Shown: positions 26,816 through 36,800 of the stretch, one piece after another
Position numbering within the stretch: position 1 is the first letter of the stretch
Layout of the letters: each line of letters begins with the position of its first letter
From: Vicugna vicugna
Lineage: Eukaryota
NCBI GenBank assembly: GCA_013265495.1
Contig: MU061578.1
Coordinates: forward strand, 3,791,308-3,855,307
Reading direction: 5' to 3'
DNA length: 64,000 bases
Notes under the pieces: model-generated
What the model was told of the DNA's origin: nothing
What the model saw: the letters and a program-made list of their open reading frames with translations, nothing else
Databases searched by the model: none
Position numbers and translations under genes: made by a program

Positions 26816-29199
26816 GAGGCTTCTGAGAGTAGAGTGGACTGTGCCCATTCTGTAGCCAGAGACTGGAGGGAAGCCTGAGGCCCCAGGCATCCTCTCCACC
26901 TTGTCCCTGGTCCAGCACTACCCTATGGGGACCTAGAAGGCAGAGGAGCCTGGACCATGGGGAGCTGGGGTGGGGGCAGCAGAGTGGCTTGTCTGGGAGA
27001 CTGGCAGGGGCAGCTTGAAAGATAAACAGGGCTCTAAAATGCACCGTGCATTACAGTAATAGGTGTCTTCTGCTCGGGTCAATGGGTGCTGTGAGTGTCA
27101 AACAAGAATTTAGAAAAGCTTCTCCTTTAGCTACTTTTTTGTCCTGGGGGCTGGGGAAAGAACATCATCAGGGCTCCAGCATGGCCTGTGGGGCGGGGCA
27201 TCCCCCAATTTCAGGTGGCCCTTGAGCTGGGGTGACAGCAGAGGATGCTCGGGCCCAAGCAGGCATGGGTCTGGGAGCAAGGCACCTGTCACTGGAGGCA
27301 TCCAGCCTGACAGAGGTCCAGGCTTGTGTTGACCCTGCCATCTGCCCTGAAGGCCACTCCCTACAGAGCCTGGCCTGGGCTGGCCTCCAGCCCCACATAC
27401 ACCAAAGGGAACACCTCTGAGGCCCTGTTTCCAGGCAGTGCAGGGCTGGGCCCTGCTCCTTGGTGATGGTGTGACGTGGGTTGAGAGGGGTTCGAGGGGG
27501 CGTGCCAAGGTGAATCAGCCCCCTGCAGCAGACCCAGGCCCCCTCCTTCTAGGCATGAGCCCCCTGCAGCATTTGAGGAGGGCTAGCGGCCCCAGTCAGC
27601 TCAGCATGGCTGGGAGGTGGGGCTCAACCTCCACTTCTCCAGAAACGCTCACCTGCTGGGTGACCAGCATCTCACCTCTCCCAGCCTCTGTTTAGGTCAC
27701 TGCTCCCACCACTCATGCACTTGCTAAGTGTTTCTTGGCCACCCACCTTGGACAGGCAGGTGCCAGGTATCAAAGGCGCATTAAACGTGACACTGTGGCC
27801 ACCCTCAGGAGCTACTGTCTGGCCTGAACACTGCGAGGTAAGTGCTGCAAAGGAGGTGTGTGGGGTCAGTGAGGCCCCAAAGCAGGCACCGCTAGCATCT
27901 GGCTAAGCACGGGTGGGGCGTTAGCATCCCAGTGGTGGGCGCTGTAAGGCCAGGGCTGGGGCCTGGCGGGACTGCTTGGCTGGTGGGTCTGTGGTCCAAA
28001 GGGACAGTAGGGCAGGACAGATTGGAGACAGTGCCCAGAAGTGGGTCCTGCCGACTTGAGGAGGCTGACACAGAGCCCAGGACCACTGAGAGCTTCAAGA
28101 AGGAAAAGGGTATGTGGTATGGAGGGGGACGGTTGGAACAAGGAGGAGGAGAAGGCCACATGAAGGGCAGGAGAAGGGAACAATGTGGAGTGAGGGGCCT
28201 CCACAAAGCAGAGTCGCTGGGTGGGTATGGTGATGCAGGTGACCTCCAAGTCCCTGAGCTTGCGTGGGCACCTGCACGATCTGACAGAGGTAGTCTCACT
28301 GCCCACTGCCCCATGGCCCAGCCTGCCAAGATGGAGGGCCCTCCAGGCAGCCTGAACCCCATGATCACAGCCATGTGCCCCAGGGAGGGGTTCTCTGGTT
28401 TCTACTTCCCACTGGCTGAACCAATGGGCCATTTGCCCCCAACTCCAGTTTTGTCAAGAAGAAGCTTTGCACTTAATAAACAAAACGAGGAAATAGAAAA
28501 AGCAGAACCAAATTTTCCAGAGGCCAGGAGGATTAAAAAAAAAACTGAACACTCTGTACAGTTCAATTAAATATTTTTAATGCCAATTTCCAAATTGTCC
28601 TATGCTCATCTCTCCAAATTCCTTTCTAGCGATGTGAACATATAACTGCTTCACTGTTTCTAATGCCATTTTCTCATTTCATATCAATCCATGATCTGTT
28701 CTTCATTTCCCGTCTGGAGGGTGAGGCTGTGTCCAGTGCTGAGCAGCCCCCTCTGGCTGAAGAGCTCAGGTTTGAGCCTCAAGGCTGAGCCTGCTGATCA
28801 GCTGCCACCCACACAGAGTCAGTGAATATTGGCCCAGGGGACTCGGAGCCTTCGAGGACAAGGTTCTTGGATGGGCTGCTGGAGTGGAAGGTGGTGGGAG
28901 GAGGTCTCCTTCCAAGACCTTGAGTTAGACAACACCCCTCCAGTATCTCTGCGGCCTCACAGGTCTATAAATGGGCCACAGAATACCTGAAGGCTACAGG
29001 CTTTGTCAGTTTAGAGATGCTGTCTTTAAAAAATAATGCCTATTTAAAACATCCATGCCCTGTGCCTTCTGTAGACTTCTGAAGGACAGAATGTGACTGA
29101 GGAGGGTGACAGTTTGTCACATTTAGAATTCCCTGCACCATGGGGCCCTGTGGGAACTCCTGTCCTGTCCTCCCCTTCCTTCCAACCCGACTTAGCAGC

Positions 29200-29575
29200 T
29201 GGCCCACTGCCTGGCCCCAGGCTATCTCAGGTTCTTCCTGCTCTTCAGCTCTCTCCTGCCTGCCACAGGGCCTTTGCACAGGCTGCTCTCACTGCTGGGA
29301 AGAACCCCCTACTACTCTCCAGTTGCTTTATTGTCCTAAAACAAATCCTCTGTCCCCTATCTTGGCTCTCCATGGCACTTAACACAGCTTGTAATTGTTT
29401 TCTTCCTTTATTCACAGACTTGTTTGTGGCTGCCTCCTGGCTGGAATGAAGCTCCAAGGGACAAGGACAGGGCCTGTACTGGTTACCGTCACTGCATCCC
29501 CAGTTCCGTGCAAGGGCCTGACACACTGTTGACCTCCCACTAATTTTTGTCCAACAAATCACTAACAGCCCCTAG
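29200..29575 (+). mobile_element. L2 3' end
   Basis: gggcctttgcacaggctgctctcactgctgggaag...gaatgaagctccaagggacaaggacagggcctg...cactgcatccccag...gcctgacacac. Confidence 0.7.
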
Positions 29576-30555
29576 CTAGAACCAATTTTGAGCTTCACCT
29601 TAACTTTTAATGAGATGGACAGTATGAAAAGGATCAGGAGGTCCAGGTGACCCCTGCCCAGGATCCTGCTGAGGCGCTCCTGTCTGACCTACCCTTGCAA
29701 GCTTTCCCGCAGGGCTGAATCCTAGGGCTCTCCTGGTCCCCCTTCTAGGTGGCTGGGGCACTAATTGCTCTTTGAGGGCCTTAATTACTGACCATGGCCC
29801 TCCACTGCTAAGTAGTAGTACTAAAATAGAGTAAATGTTTTCTTTTTCTTGAAAAGTTCACATACACAAGAGAAGGTGCTGCTGAGCCATGACTGGCCAG
29901 TGCAGGACACCTCCTGGAATCTGCATGGGAGCTGCCATGGTCCTGCCTTCCTGGGTCTTACCCCAGAGCCCAAAGGTCTGGGAGGGTACAGGGCCTCCTG
30001 GGGCCTTCCCTTCTCCAGGAACAGCATGTCCATCCCATCCTGGCTACACTCTGTGCAATGCCACCATGGTGGGGAAGCCCAGTATGCCAATGATCTTGCC
30101 AGAGCCTCTCCAGGTTTGGGGCCCAAGGCCCTCCCACCCACCACCGCCACAGAGCTTATGGTGAGGCCCAAGGCTCCTGGAGCCCACATGTGTGGACCAG
30201 CCGCCCTGCTCTTTGTCCAGAGGAAGTGGGGTCTCTCCTCCATCCTAAGTGGGCTTGTAAGGGGTAAGGGAGAAGCCCCTCAGGGGCTGCTCTCCCTGGC
30301 CAGCCCCAGAACGCACGCACCAGGAGCCAGCAGACTGGTGGTGGTGGAGAAGTGAAAAGCCTGGCAGTACCTCAGGGGCCAAGGAGCCTGGGTGGGACCC
30401 CGAAGCACAGGAGTCGGTACTCTGTCCCTCATGCATTTCAGTACCGGAGCGAGGGGCTGCAGGACGGCCTGGCCCCTTCCCCAAGGTCCTACAGGTCTTG
30501 ACCCAGGAGGGGGCTGGGCAAGGGACAAGTTCGCAGAAGCTGCCATAGGTGCGCT

Positions 30556-30584
30556 TGTGCGCGCGCGCGCGCGCGTGTGTATGT
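30556..30584. repeat. Alternating purine-pyrimidine tract with (GC)8
   Basis: tgtgcgcgcgcgcgcgcgcgtgtgtatgt. Confidence 0.9.
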
Positions 30585-30999
30585 TGGGGGGGAATGCGGA
30601 TGCACGAGTACCTAGAATCCCACCCACGGATACAGCAGCACATCACACGGGCACGGTCACACCCAGGACACACATGCGGAGGGGGAGGGGCACTCAGGCC
30701 GCGGTCCAGGCCGCCGGCCCCGCCCCCTCGCCGACCCCCGCCCACTGCGCGGAGGGACTGGGGCGTGCGCCGCGGCGAGGAGGGGGAGGGCCCGCCTCCG
30801 CGACTCCGGCCGCCCCCGCAGTTGGGGGTGGGGAAGACGCCGGCGCCGCTCCCCCGCCCCCGCCAAGCTTCTCCGCGAGCGCCCCCTGGCGCCCCGAGCG
30901 CCTAGAGAGGGAGAGTGGGGGCGCAGCGGGGGGCGCGGGGGGCGCGGGCGGGCCCCGCCCCGCCCTCCCCGGTGGGGGGCGGGGCGGCTCGCGCGCGCG

Positions 31000-31284
31000 A
31001 CTCCGAACCCGAGCAGCCCCTCCCGAAGCCCCCCGCCCGGCCCCACGCGCCCCCCGCGCCCCCTGCTCCGCGCCCGTCCGCCCCGCGGACCCCTCGGCGC
31101 GGGGCCGCCGCCGTCGCCGCCAGGCCAGCCGGAGCGGGAACCGCAGCGCGAGCGGGAGGCGGCGGGACGGGGGCGCGGGCCGGGGGCGGCGGCTCTCTAC
31201 CCGGGGCCGAGCGCCTTGCCGGGTCTGCGGTGACCGCGCCGCCCGGGCGATGCCCTCGGGGACGCAGCCGGCTGCCGGAGCGAG
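31000..31284 (+). other. CACNA1H: CACNA1H non-coding exon 1 (5' boundary approximate)
   Basis: GC-rich leader ending GAGCGAG|GTGAGA (donor 31285); resembles the human CACNA1H 5'UTR as recalled. TSS cannot be fixed from sequence. Confidence 0.8.
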
Positions 31285-31591
31285 GTGAGACGCGACGAGG
31301 ACGCGCGCCCCACTGTGCGCCGGGACCCTCTTCAACTTGAGGCAGCCCGCGAGGGAGCCCCTCAGGCGCCTGCCCCCGTCCCGGCGGTGGGGGAGGGGCC
31401 TCTCAGCCCTCGCGGGAGGGAGGGTGCGGGCGGGGGCGGGGGGCGCATTTGTCTCTAATGAGAAAAGACAAAGACATCCCGGCATCCGCGGCTGTTCCCG
31501 GGGATCCGCTCCGCCTGAGGCGGGCTAGGGTGTCGTTCCCGGGACCCGGTCACCGCCTGTCTCCCGCAGGTGCTGCCCGCCGCCACCATGA
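31250..31591 (+). CDS. Spliced upstream ORF (31250-31284 + 31570-31591), 18 aa [18 protein letters not shown]
   Basis: ATG at 31250 in exon 1, out of frame with the main CDS; after splicing its TGA (31589-31591) overlaps the main ATG (31588-31590). Translation is not demonstrated. Confidence 0.55.
31285..31569 (+). other. CACNA1H: CACNA1H intron 1 (U2-type GT-AG, 285 nt)
   Basis: GTGAGA donor at 31285; acceptor CCTGTCTCCCGCAG|G with exon 2 starting at 31570, 18 nt before the ATG. Confidence 0.88.
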
Positions 31592-31886
31592 CCGAGGGCG
31601 CGCTGGCTGCCGACGAGGTCCGAGTGCCCCTGGGCGCGCCCGCCCCGGGCCCGGCAACAGCGGCGGGGGCGTCCCGGGCGAGCCCTGAGGCGCCGGGGCC
31701 AGACGCGGAGCGGGGGTCGGGGTCTGGTGCGTCGCCCCCCGAGAGCCCGGCGGCCGAGCGGGGCGCGGACCTGGGCGCCGACGAAGAGCAGCCCGTCCCG
31801 TACCCGGCACTGGCGGCCACTGTCTTCTTCTGCCTCGGGCAGACCACGCGGCCGCGCAGCTGGTGTCTCCGGCTGGTCTGCAACCC
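31588..31886 (+). CDS. CACNA1H: CACNA1H (Cav3.2 alpha-1H) first coding exon, cytoplasmic N-terminus; CDS continues beyond the window
   Basis: Translates [18 protein letters not shown]...[38 protein letters not shown], the recognisable Cav3.2 N-terminus. ATG in perfect Kozak context GCCGCCACCATG; 299 coding nt up to the ATATCCTT donor (phase 2). Confidence 0.97.
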
Positions 31887-34800
31887 ATATCCTTCTCGGG
31901 TTGTCGGGGTGTAGGGATCCGGGGCTTGGGAGTCCAGTGCGCGGGACCCCACTCGCGTGTACCTCCCACGCCCGGCCTCGTTGGACCCAGCGCAGGCTGA
32001 GTGCGCAGGACAGAGGCGCGAGGGTAGCGCTCCTCCGAGAGAGGCGGCCGCGGGCTGCGCTTTGCGGGGCGGCGGGGGCGGCTCCTGTGATCCGAATGGG
32101 GTGTCCCCGCTCCGGAACCACCTTGGGACGAGTGGGTGGAAGAGAAGCGTCGAGGCCACCGCGGGCTTGGAGTGGAGAGGGGTTGGTAGAGAAGGGAGGT
32201 CGGAACTCCCTGCGCCCCCATGAGTGCAGGTCTGGATGGGAATTCTCTCCTCTTGGCTTACTGAATGTCTGGCCTGAGGCAGGACCCTCGCTGGGGAAGG
32301 GGAGGCTGGCGGGACCTCGGTAAAGGAGCAAAGTTTTCACCCTGCGCCTTGCGCTTTGGAGCGACCGGGAGACCCTGGAGGCCGGGAAGCTGTGCGCTCT
32401 TGCTGTTCGTTTTCCCCGGAGAGAGTCGGTGACGTTTGTTGTGAACTCGCCTTTCCAGGCTGAACTCGGTGTTGGGGCTGATTTAAGTCATGCGCAGCTG
32501 GGGGGTGGGGGGCAGGGAGGCAGCTGGCACCGCGCACTGGCACACTGGTGTTCCTTCTCCTGGTGCTCCGCTAGCCGGAGAGGAAAGGGCCATCCTTTCT
32601 GCTCCTGGTGAAAGCGACACAGACTTTCAGAGAAGGTTCCGGAGCAGAGCTGGGTCGGGCATGGGGCATTTCTGGGACGCAGGTAGTAGGTCTGGTGGCC
32701 CCCAGCAGGCAGCTTTAGGGACTGTCAGCAGGCCTTGGTTCATTCTGTCCCAGCTGGTTCTCCCACTGGCCCCAGGGACCTGGTTGCCAGGTGGCTGGGT
32801 CGTGGGCTCTGGGCATTCCCGCTTCTTGGCCTGGAAGGATTGGGTGTCCAGGGTGTAGGGGTGCCAAAAAGAGGCTGACAGAGGCGGGACCTTGCCTGTG
32901 AACTTTCTCTGCATGGAGACAGACGGAATGAGCAATGGGTGTATGTGTTTTTCCTACCTTGTGTGTTTAACTGTGCAAGTATCACACACAAAAGAGGAAT
33001 CTGTCAGAAAAGTAACAAACCGTGTTTTTTTGCTCTGAAATCTAAACTTGTGCAGAGTCAGGTTGAAGGGGGTCATTGTGGTCCCGGTGGAGGGTGGTGG
33101 CCTGAGGGTCACCCCAGCATGACAGTAGACTCCACTGCCTGCCTTTGTCCCCCACCTCCTGGGTGGTCTTGTCCTCTCCCCCACCCTCCACCCCAGCAGC
33201 TGCCAGGCTGTCCCTGCAAGGTGGCTGTAGGCTTGTCTTCTCTCCAGAACCCAGCTTGGAGATACTGAGCTCCATCGTTTTGGCAGGAAGGTGGCCTGGC
33301 TGGGTGAGGTGGTTAAGTGTCGAGATGAGTACCGTAAGGCTTTGGGACTGGAGGCCGCCCTCCCAGCATATCCGTTATTTCCAGGCGTGAGCAGAAACCA
33401 GATAGAGAAGAAGCCCAGTGGGGCCTGCACTTTCTCTCTCCTGACAACCCCCTTGTCTGGCTGTTCTGTCCTTTTGCTGGCTGCTGAGGGAGTCTTTGAG
33501 TCTGACCCTGTATTCTGGGTGTTTAGGGTAGGTTGCGTCCTTTGGGACGTCTAACAAGGTGGTTTGTGTTACTTAGTTTAGGGGAGCTTGAGGGGATACC
33601 GTAGGCAGGTGGGATGAGGACCAGGGGGTATAGGGGATGGGGCTGGTGGGGCTACTTGCTGGTATCCCTGTCTCTGGGCTTCTTGAGACCCCAGGAGGAG
33701 GATGTCCTGCATCCCTAGGAGCAGGAAAATGCCAGGAGCAGGAGGAGGAGGGCCCTCAGCCTGGGAGAGCATCCCTTCTGACTGGCAGTGGTGTGGAGGA
33801 GCGCAGGTCCAGGATCATTTTACCATGGCTAGCCTGTGGAAATTATGCCTCTGTTGAGTAGGGTGGGCTTGTCAGGCCCCTGGCGTACAGGGACGGCTGC
33901 TGATCTCTAGCAAATGCCAGACCCTGGTGCGGGGGTGCATTAGCTGCAGAGAGAAACTAAAATAAGCCTGTGTGCTGGACAGGTGGGGACCTTGGGGAAG
34001 CCCATGGGCCTCAGCAGGGCTTTCCAGAGCGCTTCGGATTCCTGGGAGTCGGGAGGGGCAGCCTTGTGAGAGGCAGGGGTGCAGCGGGTAGTCTGGTTTT
34101 CCAGGGACTGCTTGGTGTCTGCTTTGCAGCCCAAGGATGTGCCTTGGCCTTGGTCTCCGTCTCACTCTCTGCAGGTGGATGTCACATTGGCAGTGCCCAC
34201 CGTCCTTGCCTGGAGCCTCTTCTGCTGCAGAAGGTAAACTTGTAGAGGGAAATGGGATAATTGGGTTTGCTCTGGGAACCCACACTCCATAATGCAACTC
34301 CTTGCTCCCCAGAGGCTGGCAGAGTCCCAGCCGATGTCCTCTGAGCCCAGCCCCTAGGCGGGATTTGATTGGCAATTAGAACACAGGAAGAGGCCTTCCT
34401 TAAGCCCTGGGCTTTCTGGAACCCCCACGTAGATGGCCCCCTACACAAATAAACACGTGTGCTCTGTTTTTACCTTAAAGGGTATCGGATCCACGCAAAG
34501 GAGCTTCCAAGGATGGCCCTTATCTGTATTGATTTATTTTGCTTTTTGAAAATATAATTGTGCTAGAACTTTTGGGGCGGGTGCTGTTTCTCCTACACAG
34601 GTTTATTTATAGAGGAAGGTGGGTGGGATCTATGTGTTGTAGCCCGCCCGGCTGGGTTGTGTTCTGCCCGGGCTCCCCCGGGGTTCTTGACTCGGTGCTG
34701 CCTGTGATGCAGCTGCCACGTCCCAGCACCCAGGCCGGGCGGGGCCTCCCAGGGATGCTTACTGGCTGGGAAGGGAGCCCTGCCGCAGTCCCTGTGTGAG

Positions 34801-35929
34801 CCATGGAGGCCAGCTTTGTACCCCTGTGGGGAGGTTTGGAGACCAGGAGGTGGCTGGGAGGTCCTTGGGGGCTTGGGGATGGTGAACACCTCCAGGAGGT
34901 ATGTCCTAGGGACTGGGTACCGAATTCCCCAGGCACAGGACTCAGGGAAGACAAAGGACGTGGCAAGGTCACGAGGCTGCTGGAGGACAGAGCTGGGTGA
35001 GCCCAACCCGACTCGGGTCTGTATTTGGCAGAGCCCTGCCCGGTAGGGAGTTGAGGCTGACGAGTCCAGGTCCTTGAAGGCATCTTGTAAAAATCAGTGC
35101 CCTGGACTGTTGTACCACTTGTTCTGTGGTTGCTGCCAGTGCCTGGGTTCCTGGCGGCATGGGTGTCCCAGTGAGGACACACGGGGCATCGACGTGGAAA
35201 AGGGCAGACTCCCATCTGCTCTCACCTGCCCCCAAAACCCCCTCTGAGTGGACGTTTCATGTCCCCCTCACCTTCCTGACCCCATGGCCATGACCCCTGA
35301 GCACTTTGTGGAGCACAGGCCCCAGGGGTGCTCCCGCCTCTAAACCTCCTCCCCACCCCAGTACCTGCTTCTCATCCTGGGTCTGTCATCCTGATTCTGA
35401 CGTGTGTTTATTTCCCTGGACTTGGAGTCCTCAGGCCGCCGTGCCCAGACTGGGGGCCTTACACCTCCAGGCTGGTGGGCCTGTGTGTCTGCACGGGGGC
35501 CCTGGGCTCCCCAGTGTTCTGGTGCTAATGAGGCCGCCTCGACTTACTCTGACTGGAAAAGAAAGGAGTTGCAAAGTGTGTGTGTCTGCGAGGCCAGCTG
35601 TGCCCCTGTGGGGAGCTGCGTGTTCCCCTGCTGTTGCCTCATGTTCTGAGGGCATGTGTTGTTCATGCTGAGCAGCAATTGTGTGCCCCAGGCTGGGGAG
35701 GAGGGTGGAAGTAGACGACATCTGCTGAGATAGGAGTTCATGGTAGGTGGGTTTCCTGGGGAAGGGGGCATTTCCCCTGAGAGCTGGGAAGGGCAACAGT
35801 GAAGAGGTGGATCCTTGAGCACCTGCAGGAGGTGGGGTGGTTGCTTGGGGTGTGAGGCCTTTGACATGGGCCTGAGCTCTCCTTGATCCCTGAGTTAAGA
35901 GTGGGGCTGTGCTGCGTCATCCTTCTGGT

Positions 35930-36800
35930 TTCTGTGCTCAGGAAGGCTTCCTGGAGGAGATGAGGCTAGGCTGGGCTGGGCCTTTTGGGTAGATAGGAGA
36001 AGGAACAAGAAGGCTTTGGGGCAGGTGGGGTGTAGAAGGGGGAATTCGCATGAGCTAGGATTTGCCTGCCCAGGAGGGCCCTGGCTGTGTCCCTCCCTCA
36101 GTGCTGTATCCCTCCCTCAGAGACTGCCCAGGAAGGGTCTTGGCTGAGCCCCACTCTCCAAAGTGGCCTGGACTTCTAGCCTTGCTTCATGCCCCACCCA
36201 GGCACCTACAGGGCCCTGATCCGGGCAAACAAACAGTTGGTGTCTCTCCAGCTTACTGGTGGCCTGATTAGTTGGCAGAGGCCAGAATGCGCTGATTAAG
36301 TGCTGTGTGTGTGGCACAGTGAGGCCAAGTGTGGCCCCCGCCCCCACATCTGCTGCCCAGCTGGACCCTGGGGATGTTCTGGGGGCAGGGAGAGTGGTGC
36401 GGAGCTGAGCAGGGGCTCCTGTGAAGGCTCACTGGCGGGTGGCCTCACTATACAAACCTCTCCAGGTCTGAGCTCTGTGCTGGGCCCGTGGGGTTCTCCC
36501 AGCAGGCATGCCCTGGGACTTGGCAAACTTGTGCTGTGTACCCAGTGTGGCCAGCATGATCGTGATGGGGGTGCTTGGGCGGGATGAGCTAGATGAAGGC
36601 TATTGGGGGCTGGGAGCCAGGGAGGCTCTCTGCTCAATGGACACAGAGGCCTATCAGGGGAGGAGACCTGGAGAGAGGATGGATGTAGAGCAGGAGTGTT
36701 CTAGGCAGAGGAACGGCATGTGCAGAGGCCCTGAGGCAGGTAAGATGTGTCCATGTAGCTGGAGCAGGTGGAGGGTGTCCTGTGAAGTGAAGGTGAGGAG
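35930..36800 (-). mobile_element. Scattered L2 fragments (~35930-36050 and ~36620-36800)
   Basis: caggaaggcttcctggaggagatgagg; gttctaggcagaggaacggcatgtgcagaggccctgaggcagg. Confidence 0.6.

Larger units (their letters stand above)
30550..32450. promoter_or_regulatory. CpG-island promoter of CACNA1H
   Basis: Very high GC and CpG density over exons 1-2; Sp/KLF GC boxes; EGR1 sites GCGGGGGCG at 30811-30819 (- strand), 31430-31438, 32072-32080; MRE cores TGCRCNC at 30558-30564, 30919-30925 (-), 32393-32399; no TATA. Confidence 0.9.

Noticed and set aside
28966-28972. TATAAAT upstream of the gene (and TATAAAG at 52146)
   Set aside because: Isolated 7-mers ~2 kb from the CpG island with no supporting initiator evidence.
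1-30000. Exons of expected neighbours (C1QTNF8, TEKT4, SSTR5)
   Set aside because: No C1q/collagen, tektin or GPCR sequence in any ORF of the track.
30392-32340. Long overlapping ORFs on both strands across the CpG island (up to 298 aa)
   Set aside because: Arg/Pro/Gly/Ala-rich, no domain; expected from stop-codon scarcity at very high GC. Only the 31588 frame matches a known protein.
34471-34494. TACCTTAAA...CCAC, branch-point/acceptor-like
   Set aside because: Branch point lacks the terminal C of the consensus, and no exon or donor follows.
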